From: Candidatus Latescibacterota bacterium | GTDB taxonomy: Bacteria > Latescibacterota > CBDEFO01 | Length of the DNA stretch: 64,000 bases | Assembly (NCBI GenBank): GCA_965237525.1 | Contig: CBDEFO010000008.1 | Location: 544,001 to 608,000 of the forward strand | Direction: 5' to 3' | Shown here: piece after piece, positions 9,469-20,080 of the stretch | How the letters are laid out: every line of letters begins with the position of its first letter | How positions within the stretch are numbered: position 1 is the stretch's first letter | The notes under the pieces: generated by a model | Databases searched by the model: none | Told to the model about the DNA's origin: nothing | The model's input: the letters and a program-made list of their open reading frames with translations, nothing else | Translations under genes and position numbers: made by a program

Positions 9469-10794
9469 ATGAGAGTATTTTCAAAAGTTTTCGTGATTCC
9501 ATTCCTATGTTTGACCTTTGCCGCAAAGTGCTTTTCCCCAGAAACATCTGAATGGGAAACCCTAAACGAAAAGGCAACAAGCCTCTACGAACAAGGTCAG
9601 TATGAGGAAGCAGTTAAGTTTGCGAAAGAGGCTTTGAAAATAGCTGAGGAAACTTTCGGTCCAGACCATCCCAATATGGCGCTCTCCCTGAACAATCTGG
9701 GGGAATTGTACAGAACTCAGGGCGAGTATGTCGAGGCTGAGCCCCTTTACAAGCGGTCACTGGCAATATTGGAAAAATCCCTTGGGAAAGACCACCCCGA
9801 TGTGGCGCAATCCCTGAACAATCTGGCATTGCTTTATAATACCCAGGGCAAGTATGCCGAGGCTGAGCCCCCTTTCAAGAGAGCACTGGCAATAGCAGAG
9901 AAAGCCCTTGGGAAAGACCACCCCGATGTGGCGACCTCCCTGAACAATCTGGCGGGACTTTATGTGGCTCAGGGCAAGTATGCTGAGGCTGAGCCCCTTC
10001 ACAAGCGAGCACTGGCAATATGGGAAAAAGCCCTTGGAAAAGACCATCCTACAGTGGCGAGCTCCCTAAACAATCTGGCGGGACTTTATGTGGCTCAGGG
10101 CAAGTATGCTGAGGCTGAGCCTCTTTACAAGAGGTCACTGGCAATATTGGAAAAATCCCTTGGGAAAGACCATCCCGATCTGGCGCTCTCCCTGAACAAT
10201 CTGGCGTTACTTTATCAAGATCAGGGCAAGTATGCCGAGGCTGGGCCCCTTTACAAGCGGTCACTGGCAATAAAGGAAAAAGCCCTTGGAAAAGACCATC
10301 CCGATGTGGCGCTCTCCCTGAACAATCTGGCAGCACTTTACTATGATCAGGGAAAGTATGCCGAGGCTGAGCCCCTTCAGAAGCGAGCACTGGCAATATG
10401 GGAAGAAGTCCTGGGAAAAGACCACCCCCACGTGGCGACCTCCCTGAACAATCTGGCATTGCTTTATAATACCCAGGGAAAGTATGCCGAGGCTGAGCCC
10501 CTTCACAAGCGGTCACTGGCAATAAGGGAAAAAGCTCTTGGGAAAGACCACCCCGATGTGGCAACCTCCCTGCACAATCTAGCGTTACTTTATAAGACCC
10601 AGGGGAAGTATGCCGAGGCTGAGCCCCTTTACAAGCGGTCACTGGCAATATGGGAAAAAGCCCTTGGAAACGATCACCCCCACGTGGCGACTTCCCTCGC
10701 GAACATGGCAGATCTTTACAAGAAGATTGGAAAGGAAGATGAAGCCAAGAGGTTGGAAGAACGTGCAGAAGGAATTCGTTCAAGAAACCAGTGA
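9469..10794 (+). CDS. Secreted tetratricopeptide repeat protein (42-aa kinesin-light-chain-type TPRs)
   Basis: Tandem HPDVAxSLNNLAxLYxxQGKYAEAEPLxKRxLAIxEKxLG repeats; N-terminal signal; AGGAG RBS. Confidence 0.9.
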   Translation: MRVFSKVFVIPFLCLTFAAKCFSPETSEWETLNEKATSLYEQGQYEEAVKFAKEALKIAEETFGPDHPNMALSLNNLGELYRTQGEYVEAEPLYKRSLAILEKSLGKDHPDVAQSLNNLALLYNTQGKYAEAEPPFKRALAIAEKALGKDHPDVATSLNNLAGLYVAQGKYAEAEPLHKRALAIWEKALGKDHPTVASSLNNLAGLYVAQGKYAEAEPLYKRSLAILEKSLGKDHPDLALSLNNLALLYQDQGKYAEAGPLYKRSLAIKEKALGKDHPDVALSLNNLAALYYDQGKYAEAEPLQKRALAIWEEVLGKDHPHVATSLNNLALLYNTQGKYAEAEPLHKRSLAIREKALGKDHPDVATSLHNLALLYKTQGKYAEAEPLYKRSLAIWEKALGNDHPHVATSLANMADLYKKIGKEDEAKRLEERAEGIRSRNQ

Positions 10795-10898
10795 TGACAA
10801 TGCGGCCATCTGTTTCCCGCCGTGGTGAACGTGAACAGCAACGAGGGCAATCTCTGAGGAATTATTGCTTGATTCCTTAGTCGATAGGAGTAGCAGAC

Positions 10899-12350
10899 AT
10901 GAGAGCATTTTCAAAAGTTTTCGTGATTCCATTCCTATGTTTGACCTTGGCCGTAAACTGCTTTTCCCCAGAAACATCTGAATGGGAAAGATTAAACGAA
11001 AAGGCAAGAAGCCTCTACGAACAAGGTCAGTATGAGGAAGCAGTTAAGTTTGCCAAAGAGGCTTTGAAAATAGCTGAGGAAACTTTCGGTCCAGATCACC
11101 CTGATGTAGCGCAATCCCTGAACAATCTGGCGGCACTATATGATTCTCAGGGCAAGTATGCCGAGGCTGAGCCCCTTCACAAACGGTCACTGGCAATATG
11201 GGAAAAAGCTCTTGGGGAAGACCACCCCGATGTGGCAACCTCCCTGAACAATCTGGCGGCACTATATGATTCTCAGGGCAAGTATGCCGAGGCTGAGCCC
11301 CTTCACAAGCGAGCACTGGCAATATGGGAAAAAGCTCTTGGGGAAGACCACCCCGATGTGGCGCACTCCCTGAACAATCTGGGGGAATTGTACAGAACTC
11401 AGGGAAAGTATGCCGAGGCTGAGCCTCTTTACAAGAGGTCACTGGCAATATTGGAAAAAGCCCTTGGGAAAGACCACCCCAATGTGGCGCTCTCCCTGAA
11501 CAATCTGGCATTGCTTTATAATACCCAGGGCAAGTATGCTGAGGCTGAGCCTCTTTACAAGAGGTCACTGGCAATAGCAGAGAAAGCCCTTGGGAAAGAC
11601 CACCCCAATGTGGCGACCTCCCTAAACAATCTGGCGGAACTTTATTCTTACCAGGGCAAGTATGCCGAGGCTGAGCCCCTTCACAAGCGAGCACTGGCAA
11701 TATGGGAAAGAGCCCCTGGAAAAGACCACCCCAATGTGGCGACCTCCCTGGACAATCTAGCGGGACTTTATGAATCTCAGGGCAAGTATGCCGAGGCTGA
11801 GCCCCTTTTCAAGAGAGCACTGGCAATAGCAGAGAAAGCCCTTGGAAAAGACCACCCCAATGTGGCGACCTCCCTGAACAATCTGGCAGCACTTTACCAT
11901 GCTCAGGGAAAGTATGCCGATGCTGAGCCCCTTTTCAAGAGAGCACTGGCAATATTGGAAAAAGTCCTTGGGAAAGACCACCCCAATGTGGCGCTCTCCC
12001 TGAACAATCTGGCGGGACTTTATGTGTCTCAGGGCAAGTATGCCGATGCTGAGCCCCTTTTCAAGAGAGCACTGGCAATAGCAGAGAAAGCCCTTGGAAA
12101 CGATCACCCCCACCTGGCGCTCTCCCTGAACAATCTGGCATTGCTTTATAATGCCCAGGGAAAGTATGCCGAGGCTGAGCCTCTTTACAAGCGGTCACTG
12201 GCAATATACGAGAAATCCCTTGGCAAAGACCATCCCAATGTAGCGACCTCCCTGAACAATCTGTCAGAGCTTTACAAGAAGATTGGAAAGGAAGATGAAG
12301 CCAAAAGGTTGGAAGAGCGTGCAGAAGGAATTCGTTCAAGAAACCAGTAA
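10899..12350 (+). CDS. Tandem paralog TPR protein, exactly one 42-aa repeat longer
   Basis: 483 vs 441 aa; near-identical termini and upstream region. Confidence 0.9.
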   Translation: MRAFSKVFVIPFLCLTLAVNCFSPETSEWERLNEKARSLYEQGQYEEAVKFAKEALKIAEETFGPDHPDVAQSLNNLAALYDSQGKYAEAEPLHKRSLAIWEKALGEDHPDVATSLNNLAALYDSQGKYAEAEPLHKRALAIWEKALGEDHPDVAHSLNNLGELYRTQGKYAEAEPLYKRSLAILEKALGKDHPNVALSLNNLALLYNTQGKYAEAEPLYKRSLAIAEKALGKDHPNVATSLNNLAELYSYQGKYAEAEPLHKRALAIWERAPGKDHPNVATSLDNLAGLYESQGKYAEAEPLFKRALAIAEKALGKDHPNVATSLNNLAALYHAQGKYADAEPLFKRALAILEKVLGKDHPNVALSLNNLAGLYVSQGKYADAEPLFKRALAIAEKALGNDHPHLALSLNNLALLYNAQGKYAEAEPLYKRSLAIYEKSLGKDHPNVATSLNNLSELYKKIGKEDEAKRLEERAEGIRSRNQ

Positions 12351-12351
12351 T

Positions 12352-12455
12352 GGCAACAGTGCCGTTCCCGCAGCTGAAACGTCAGCCGATCACCTTGAAG
12401 AACAGATAACTCGATAGCCAGATTTTCCGCCGAAGAAGTACTGAAAGGAGTTGAC
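12352..12455 (+). repeat. Orphan copy of the BNR-paralog 3' end plus intergenic linker
   Basis: Matches ~7500-7600 (CGTCAGCCGATCACC.TGAAGAACAGATAACTCG...GAAGAAGTACTGAAAGGA). Confidence 0.8.
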
Positions 12456-14330
12456 ATGCAATCCAACTACGCTGTGACAAACCGTGCTGGGGATGTGGAT
12501 CCAGGCGCTCAACTGGTTGAGGAACTCCTGGCGCACCGCAGAACCGAAAAAGCGCGCTGGCAACCTATGAGCTTTGATCTGGAGGATATGGCGATCCTCT
12601 CGTTGAATGCCTACACCCGTGCTCTGGATGAGAATTCAGATTACCTGCTGTGGATGGCGGCTTGGTATGACCGCAGGCCGCTGGCCCAGCGGCATACACA
12701 TAGCGACGGCAATCAGATGCCTAAGTACGCAGAAGGGATCGCCCTGATGCGCCTGATGACCGGCAGCACGATGAACCGTGAAATCGATGCTAAGATATGG
12801 AAATGGATCGACGACCGTACCGGGGAAGACGGCCTGATTTACAAACAACCGGGCCAGGCCGACGCGTACGGTAATGGCAGAGCACTGCTGGCCCGCATCC
12901 TTGAGTACTGCTTGAGCGGTTCATCCGGACAGCCAGATGCCATAGAAAAAACGATCGACACGCTGTGGGACAAGGTCTATGTGCAAGGTGATCGCGATGC
13001 GCCGTACAGCTATTGCATTTTCCCACGAGTCTGGGACGGCGGCTCGCAGGTCAATGCAGATACGGCGGACTGGCCTATCTATAACGCCTCGCTCATCGCT
13101 TCCATGGTCAAGTGGTACGAGATGACCGGCAGCGCCAGGGCATTGGATCTGGCGCGATGGATGACCAACAGTATTCTGCGCGATGGCGAGATTGCAGAAG
13201 ATGGGTCGTGGCAGGGCTGGTTCCATCCTTTCGTACACGCCGGAATCGCGATGCTTGAGTATGCCCGGGTGACTAAAGACGAAGTCTTATGCCGAAGGAT
13301 GCGGGGCTTCTATGAAAGTGGGCGTAGCCAGGGAACGAGCCATGGTGTTTTTCCCGAACAGCCCACCGGACTATGGGTTTCGAAGATCGGTAATGAGGGA
13401 TGCTGTACGGTGGATATGTGCAACCTGGCGATAGCGCTTTCCCGCGCGGGTCTGGGCGATTATTGGGACGATGTGGATCGCTATCTAAGGAATCAATTGA
13501 CCGAGGCTCAGATGAAGAGAACCGATTTCCTCGAGCGGATTCCGAAAAGCAATATCGTCCACATTCCAATTCGCCCCGAGCTTCAGGAGGCGGAAATAGA
13601 GGATTTCACGCGGTACATCGGATCGCTATCAGGGTGGGCAGCGCCAAACGATTATGCCAGCGCGGCCCATTTGTGGTTGCAGCAATGCTGTACGGGAAAC
13701 ATCGGGCGGGCGATTTATGCGGGCTTTGAGAGCATCGTCACACGGGAGGATAATCTCCATAAGATCAATCTCCTCATCAACCGATCAACCAAGGAATTGG
13801 ATATTGACAGCTATCTGCCCTGGGAGGGAAAGGTGGTTGTCAGTGTGAAGCACCCGGTCAAATTGGCCGTCCGCATGCCGCATTACGTGGCCCTTCAGGA
13901 CGTCGTCACAAAGTTAAATGACATGCCCATCCAACGGTCACTTGACTGGAACGGACGATATGTCCAATGCTCCTGTAAGGCAGGGGACACGATCGAGCTG
14001 CTCTTTCAGGTACCTGAATACACACAAACGTTTGCGTGGCCCGGCCGTCCCGAACTCGTCCTGAAACATTCCATTACCGACGAGAATAGCGGCGGAGGAA
14101 TGGATAATCCTCGGACAGTTCACGAAGCGAATAAGAACCCTGAATTGGTCAAAGAATTACTGGAGCCCGTTGAGTACAAGATTACGTATCGTGGAAACAC
14201 GGTAGTGGACGTTGATCCAAATGGGTCGATCTATCCGATCTACGAGCGCGATCACATGCGACTCGGAAAAGCTCCGATAAGCCGATATGAACGATTCGTA
14301 CCAACAGAGGATCTGGTCAATTGGCCTTGA
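12456..14330 (+). CDS. GH127/GH146-like glycoside hydrolase (beta-L-arabinofuranosidase-like)
   Basis: EGCC and CCTGN Cys motifs; GDYWDDVDRYLRN shared with 27912-29885. Confidence 0.65.
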   Translation: MQSNYAVTNRAGDVDPGAQLVEELLAHRRTEKARWQPMSFDLEDMAILSLNAYTRALDENSDYLLWMAAWYDRRPLAQRHTHSDGNQMPKYAEGIALMRLMTGSTMNREIDAKIWKWIDDRTGEDGLIYKQPGQADAYGNGRALLARILEYCLSGSSGQPDAIEKTIDTLWDKVYVQGDRDAPYSYCIFPRVWDGGSQVNADTADWPIYNASLIASMVKWYEMTGSARALDLARWMTNSILRDGEIAEDGSWQGWFHPFVHAGIAMLEYARVTKDEVLCRRMRGFYESGRSQGTSHGVFPEQPTGLWVSKIGNEGCCTVDMCNLAIALSRAGLGDYWDDVDRYLRNQLTEAQMKRTDFLERIPKSNIVHIPIRPELQEAEIEDFTRYIGSLSGWAAPNDYASAAHLWLQQCCTGNIGRAIYAGFESIVTREDNLHKINLLINRSTKELDIDSYLPWEGKVVVSVKHPVKLAVRMPHYVALQDVVTKLNDMPIQRSLDWNGRYVQCSCKAGDTIELLFQVPEYTQTFAWPGRPELVLKHSITDENSGGGMDNPRTVHEANKNPELVKELLEPVEYKITYRGNTVVDVDPNGSIYPIYERDHMRLGKAPISRYERFVPTEDLVNWP

Positions 14331-14499
14331 AGGAGCAGTGAGAGAAGATCAATGACGTTGAACAAAGTCATTCTAAAATTCTTCTTCCACATCTGACGGC
14401 GAATGATTCCGTGACAGGGATTGACTTTTTCATCTTCAGATGGCGTTTCGCTCGGCTCGTGGCTATGGGCGACCGACAACCGGTCCGTCGCGTCATTGT

Positions 14500-15243
14500 T
14501 TCGCATCTGCCTGAGCCGATCGTTACGGGTCAGTTCGACATGATCAAAGTCGGCCCCAACAAGCTGGTCGCGATCGGGAACGACAAAGATGGCGTGAAGG
14601 TGTGGCCGCTCTCCGTTGAAAGGGTCATGGTCACGCCTGCGCGCGTCACTTTGACCGGCCGAGTGCTGGATGAAAGAGGTGGACCGGTGGCGGGTGCGCG
14701 GGTCGAAAGAGGCCCCAGCCGGTATGCGGCCGACGATTGTCTGGAGCACCCCACCGAATTGGGACCCTGGAAAGCCAACCCGCTGACAATCGGCTCTCCG
14801 GTACTGGGATACAGATCCATTCGCAAGATAAACGGATATCCAACGGTTCAGACGGACAAAGAGGGCCAGTTCCGGTTCGAGTCCGTCAAACTTGGCGAAT
14901 ATGTCCTGACGGTTGAAGCTGAGGGTTACGCCCCATAGCAACGTCACATCCAGGTCCAGCCGGAAGCCAGGCCGCAGGACTTCAGGCTCAAGCCGAGGCG
15001 GCTCGTGCGCCGAAGGGTCGTGGATGAGCGTGGCAAAACTATTGGTGGCGTCTGCGTCGTGCTGAATAGCTGGCACTGCCACACCGACCCCAGCGGCTTC
15101 TTTCACTGGTCAGTCAAATCGCCACGCCGGAGCAGGTGACGATGCGAGTCTACAAGCGGTACAGCGGTCAATACGAGACACTCAAGGCAACAGTGTCGTT
15201 CTCGCAGCTGGCGCACCAGCCGAGCACCTTGAGGAACAGATAA
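14500..15243 (+). pseudogene. Third BNR/carboxypeptidase-regulatory paralog, C-terminal half only
   Basis: High identity to ~8595-9340; in-frame TAG at 14936 where the paralog has GAG; further indel near 15120. Confidence 0.85.
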
Positions 15244-15339
15244 TTGCACGGTAACGAGTAGCGTCAAGAGCTAGGCTGGAAGAGGACTCGATATGAGCCT
15301 ATTGGGTAGCCATCAAGCCGTTTTGGAGATTCAATAAGG

Positions 15340-15464
15340 AAACGGCAATCCACCCAACGCTGGCCGAGGAGGGGGTCGAACTGACCAGGAAGGGGCTGCT
15401 GCGGGTGGACCAGTTGCTGCCCGAGTTCTACGATTCCAAATAAAAGAATGCGCGCTATTCCTGA
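15340..15464 (+). pseudogene. C-terminal fragment of a HemN-like radical SAM protein
   Basis: Reads EEGVELTRKGLLRVDQLLPEFY..*KNARYS*. Confidence 0.4.
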
Positions 15465-15577
15465 AAGGATTCATACCGATGTAGATGGAGTTCCACGAAC
15501 TGTGGGAATATCTGAAAAGGAGTTGACTATGAAAAATATGACGTGAACCCATTTTTCTGAGCACGAAAACGGACGGG

Positions 15578-16470
15578 TTAAGCAAGTTTTTTGCAATCTT
15601 GTGCTTCATACTGTGCCTTGAATTCTCCAGGCGTCAGATAACCCAGTGCTGAGTGGATACGCTGGTGATTGTAAACCACATCCAGAAAGTGACTCAAATG
15701 CACCAAGGCATCCTCAAGATCCACGTATTCTTGCTGCCATACCTCCTCATCCTTCAGGTGACCAATCGCGCTTTCCACAAACGGATTCTCCCAAGCTTTT
15801 CCTTTGGATGCCATGCTTATCTCGGCACCTACTTCCCAAAGCCCTTGACAATAGCTATGCGCAGTGTATTGAGACCCTCGATCCGAATGGTGTATCTGTG
15901 GCCGGTGTCCTCTCTGGAATGCTTTGAAAAGTGCTTCTTGCGTCAAGGCCCCAGACAAACTACGACTCAAAGCCCAACCCCGTACCATACGGGTAAAGAT
16001 ATCCAAAACCAGAGCAAGATAAAGCATAGAACCGTTCGCCAAGAAAATGTAGGTGATGTCCGCACACCATACCTGGTCAGGACGTTTGATCTTAAGACCC
16101 TTCAACAGATTGGGGAAAGGAGGCTCGTGGGCCTTGCCTTCGGTCGTTAGCACCTTACGCCGTCTGGGCTGTACCAACAAGCCCATCTGTTTCATCAACC
16201 GTAGAACCCTTTTATGGTTCACCCGGTATTGTCCCCTGTGGAGCATCGGGGTCACCCTCCGATACCCGTAACGACAATGGTGTAAACAGACGCCCCCAAT
16301 CGCCTTTCTCAGTCCCTGGTCATCTGAAACCTCACAAGTATAATAAAAGCTGCTACGTGCCAAACCTATTACGTTACACAATAAACCGATGTCAAACTCA
16401 TTCTCCACTTGACGGACCAACTCCTTCTTCTGGGCTACCGAAAGGCGAAGTAGCCGGAGAGTTTTTTTGA
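15578..16470 (-). CDS. IS3 transposase OrfB (DDE integrase), probably made by -1 frameshift
   Basis: YGYRRV, WCADITY, HHSDRGSQY, NPFVES, YNHQRIHSALGY. Confidence 0.9.
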
Positions 16471-16728
16471 GGCTTCTAACTCCAGGGTCAAACACCCTAC
16501 AAGACGCTCTAACTCTCTAATGCGTTGCGCCTCGACACTGGCTTGTTGGGAGTTGATCTCAAATATCTTGGGAGCTCGATCAACAAATTGCTGTCGCCAC
16601 CGGGTCAACAACGACTCACTCAAGTCGCGCTCCCGACAGATCTGGGCAGGACTCTTACGACCACTTAACACATCCAATACACACTCAAGCTTGAACTCAT
16701 GAGTGAAGATACGACGTTTAGATGACAT
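16435..16728 (-). CDS. IS3 transposase OrfA (HTH)
   Basis: RRIFTHEFKLECV...IRELERLVG. Confidence 0.85.
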   Translation of the reverse strand: MSSKRRIFTHEFKLECVLDVLSGRKSPAQICRERDLSESLLTRWRQQFVDRAPKIFEINSQQASVEAQRIRELERLVGCLTLELEASKKLSGYFAFR

Positions 16729-16818
16729 GACAACCCCTTTCTGGACTCTCTTTAAACCTTTACATCAGTAATTATAAAACTTGCTAAGGCATCTGTCCAG
16801 TCTTTGGGGTTCACGTCA

Positions 16819-17169
16819 ACCCACTGTCAGGATCTTCTCAAGCCGCTGGCGGGTTTCCTTCTGAAGCTTCTCCATCTCATCCCCTAACTCGGTCATGCCC
16901 TGGCGGCCCTGTTCCCGAGCTTTCTTTAGGATCTCTTGCCGCTTCTCACCCTGTTCTTTAAGAATTTGAAGAACCTTGTCCTCCTGATCTTCGGTGAGCT
17001 TGAGCCGCTCTTTCATCCTGGACATGATTCTATCAGTAACTTTGTCGGTGGTGTCGCGTCGTGCACGTGCGTTGCCTTGTCCGTACACCAGCGAGGTCGC
17101 CAGGACGCTGAAGAGAAAGATGAAGGCACCCCTTCGGGCTAAGCGGTTTACAAAAGAGGTGCTATTCAT
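16819..17169 (-). pseudogene. Secreted Spy/CpxP-like helical protein, 3'-truncated by IS3
   Basis: Signal peptide; LKLTEDQ; the reading frame stops at the first IS bases after EKILTVG. Confidence 0.6.
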
Positions 17170-17345
17170 GATGTCCTCCTTAGTTTTTAGCCTCAGACAG
17201 AGGCCGTTGATGATGCTGTTTCTTCGAGCAGATCTTCAAAGGTATAATCGTTATATGCTTTGTCAGCATAGATTTGACTTTCTTGGGGAAAGAGAAAAAA
17301 AGGGATCTAACATCTGTAAATTCGACCTGATGGATGTTTAGATCC

Positions 17346-18200
17346 CTATTGACTGAATAACGGGTTATTTTGAAAGCGTACTTCCTGCTGTTCTATCACC
17401 CTGTACGACCTTGATCTCCCATACATATGCTCGCCGTGCCTTCGTCTCATTCTCTCTCTGGACTCCTTGGCCCCTTGGAGGAGTTCTGTCAGCTCGGCTC
17501 CCTGCTCTTGGTCAAGTATGTCGAGTATGTTTTGCAGTGTGGCCTGTTCGATCTCTTCTATTTGGGCTCTGGAGGCGTGTTTGTCAACGTCATCTGATCC
17601 GAACTCTCCTCTCAAGGCCATTATCTGGTCTTTCTGGCCTTCCAATATCTGTTTTATATTCTCCAGTTGTTCATCTGTAGGATCGACAGCGTTGATGGCC
17701 CTTAATAGGGGATGCCCTTCGGGATGTCTTTGCCCCTCTCTGGGACGGCGATGCTGCCTTTGTGTTCTGGCTTCGATTTCTTCAAATTTTGCCTTCTGCT
17801 CTTCGTTCAGCAGGGCCACTATCTGTTCTCTTTCTTTCTGGAGGAGTTCTTCCACAGCCTCTTTGATCTGGTCACGAGGCACTCCGCTGTCCTTATTTTG
17901 CTGAATGAGAGCCTGCACCTCTTGTCGGCTCGTTTCTCTGATCTGCTTGATGGCCTCCAGTTGTTCCTCGGAAAGGCCGAGATAAGCAGCTATACGCTCC
18001 GAACGTCCCTCTGCTTCGCCATCTATAATCGGGCGTCCGGCGGGCTCTACGTCGTCGAGATCACCCGTAAGCGCTGAGTTGCTTATGTTTTCTAATCCTG
18101 TGACGGCGCCCGTGGGGATACCGGTTGTGTCCTGGCCGCATCCGGAGAGAACAAAAAGTCCTGCTGTAAGAATTCCGAAGGTGAAAATACGTCTGAGCAT
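17346..18200 (-). CDS. Lipoprotein with repeated Spy/CpxP (LTXXQ)-like helical modules
   Basis: Lipobox LSGC; LGLSEEQ, LLNEEQKAKF, PTDEQ, ILDQEQ. Confidence 0.65.
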   Translation of the reverse strand: MLRRIFTFGILTAGLFVLSGCGQDTTGIPTGAVTGLENISNSALTGDLDDVEPAGRPIIDGEAEGRSERIAAYLGLSEEQLEAIKQIRETSRQEVQALIQQNKDSGVPRDQIKEAVEELLQKEREQIVALLNEEQKAKFEEIEARTQRQHRRPREGQRHPEGHPLLRAINAVDPTDEQLENIKQILEGQKDQIMALRGEFGSDDVDKHASRAQIEEIEQATLQNILDILDQEQGAELTELLQGAKESRERMRRRHGEHMYGRSRSYRVIEQQEVRFQNNPLFSQ

Positions 18201-18424
18201 CGGTTTTCCCTCCTTGTTTTGTGAGTTTTATACAGCTACATATGTATAGAGCACTCCTACTTTCACCTGTTTTAGACGCATAGCAAGGCGAAATGGTTTA
18301 ATACAATTTTAACCGTTGAGACTCATTCTATCAGAAAGAGGCCAACTATCAGCTAAACGCTGATACGCTCGTCGCCTACAAGTTCAGTTCACGAACAATG
18401 TAGATCCTGTATATGTTCAGATGC

Positions 18425-19528
18425 TTACCTGCTTTTGTCTCTTCCGCTGATCTCCCATATATCTTCTAACTTGCCGTCTCTGATGCAATAGAATCTGTCG
18501 TGTAAATTGACAGTTCCGTCCGCGTAATGGGGATATAACTCAATCTTATCCGATATCTTCAAATCCTGTGCTGCACCTTCCAACGTTAAAATACCGTGTT
18601 CTGAGTACTTGTAGAGCTCTTGGGCGCCCTCTACGTCTTTAACCAGAGATGCCGACCTTAAGGGGTGCAAAGATTTTCTGCCGGTGTCCAGAATTGCCCT
18701 GTCTTTTGAAGGTCTCGATATAATCGTTGAAAGGACGGTCATAGACCTCTCAAATCCAGTGTCTATCTCCCAGAACATAACGTCGCATATACAATATGTT
18801 CCACACTGGAGTTCGGTTACCCCAGGTATGGTACCTGTAATATAGTATGTGCCAGTCCCTCCGCAACTTACGATCTCTACGTCTATGCCGTCGGACCTTA
18901 TCAGTTCCATACTGTCGATCAGTAGCGCTACTGACTCTTTAACTTTTTTCTCTTTCTCCTCCCCTCTGGGCAGCGATACTAGATGACTCTCATATGCCAT
19001 CACCCCTTTGAACCTGACTCCTTTCCTTTCGCACACAAACCTTGCAAGGTCCAAGGCAGGCTCACCTGGAAGGACTCCGCATCTCTCCATACCTATATCC
19101 ACGTCCACGACCAGTCCCACCTGTGTACCTTCCTCAATTGCGGCAGTTGATATTTCATTTACGGCCTCGAAGCTATCGACTCCGACAGATACCTCGACTT
19201 GACCGGCCAACTGTGCCAGACGCCTCCATTTTTTTTGTCCTGCAATCTCGTTAGCAATCAGGATGTCATCCATGCCACACTCTGCTAAAAGCTCTGCCTC
19301 TGCTAGCTTTGCGCAGGTTACGCCTATGGCTCCGGCCTCCAATTGCCTTTTAGATATCTCAGGTGTTCTGTGGGCTTTGAAATGAGGTCTGAGAGAACAT
19401 CCTGTGGCCCTTAGAAAATCGGCCATCTTTTTGATATTGCTTTCGAATAAATCCAAATCCAAAAGAAGAGCCGGAGTGTCTATTTCCATCTTGTCTATAC
19501 CTAATATTTCATTTTCTACACCTGGCAT
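18425..19528 (-). CDS. DSD1/D-threonine aldolase-family PLP-dependent enzyme (alanine racemase fold)
   Basis: TPALLLD, LRPHFKAH (PLP Lys), RCGV, GGTGTY, SEHG. Confidence 0.85.
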   Translation of the reverse strand: MPGVENEILGIDKMEIDTPALLLDLDLFESNIKKMADFLRATGCSLRPHFKAHRTPEISKRQLEAGAIGVTCAKLAEAELLAECGMDDILIANEIAGQKKWRRLAQLAGQVEVSVGVDSFEAVNEISTAAIEEGTQVGLVVDVDIGMERCGVLPGEPALDLARFVCERKGVRFKGVMAYESHLVSLPRGEEKEKKVKESVALLIDSMELIRSDGIDVEIVSCGGTGTYYITGTIPGVTELQCGTYCICDVMFWEIDTGFERSMTVLSTIISRPSKDRAILDTGRKSLHPLRSASLVKDVEGAQELYKYSEHGILTLEGAAQDLKISDKIELYPHYADGTVNLHDRFYCIRDGKLEDIWEISGRDKSR

Positions 19529-19801
19529 ATTTCCTCCTCAAAATAAGATGATTGTCAGAAAAAAGTGAGCTTCTGGTTTATAGTCGAACTGGCTAATAAT
19601 CTCACCGGAAAACAATATATATTCCTTTCATACGAAAATCAAGTAGTTTTTCTGCCACATTTTACAGGGTAATGTGGAAACAGATCTATCCCTTTTGTCT
19701 TATTCATAACAAGAAACCGAAGATGATCCTTGACTTTACACCTTACAGAACCTCTCAAAAAAGCTACAGGGTTTATGCGGGGCATAAATCGCTTTTATGT
19801 G

Positions 19802-19830
19802 TTGACAATCTGAGAGCAATTAATTATATT
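19802..19830 (+). promoter_or_regulatory. Sigma70-type promoter for tRNA-Val
   Basis: TTGACA-17 nt-TATATT. Confidence 0.65.
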
Positions 19831-19954
19831 ATCTCCGGAAGTCGGGCCTGAATTCTCTGTTCTGTCTGCGTCTGGACACGCACACTCAGACTTTAGGCTA
19901 AAAGTCCACGAAATTATTTTGTGGGAGCGGTCACAAGACAACCTACCGTATAGT

Positions 19955-20033
19955 GGGCGGTTAGCTCAGTCTGGTTTAGAGCGCCTGCCTTACAAGCAGG
20001 AGGTCACTGGTTCAAATCCAGTACTGCCCACCA
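19955..20033 (+). tRNA. tRNA-Val(TAC)
   Basis: Full cloverleaf: acceptor GGGCGGT/ACTGCCC, anticodon arm CCTGC-CTTACAA-GCAGG, T-loop TTCAAAT, encoded CCA. Confidence 0.97.
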
Positions 20034-20038
20034 TAAAA

Positions 20039-20080
20039 AACAACGGGTTACAAAGATTGAGTTGTAGCCCGTTGTTATTG
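20039..20080 (+). terminator. Hairpin/terminator after the tRNA
   Basis: AACAACGGGTTACAA...TTGTAGCCCGTTGTT. Confidence 0.6.

Larger units (their letters stand above)
15539..16818 (-). mobile_element. IS3-family insertion sequence
   Basis: Terminal IRs TGACGTGAACCC / GGGTTCACGTCA; overlapping orfA/orfB with A7C slippery site at 16461-16468; no target duplication. Confidence 0.9.

Noticed and set aside
9614..12339. Long repetitive minus-strand ORFs (e.g. 10049-10783, 11044-11700)
   Set aside because: Antisense shadows of the TPR repeats
9469..12350. Diversity-generating retroelement
   Set aside because: No reverse transcriptase or non-coding template repeat seen; variation is not evidently adenine-specific
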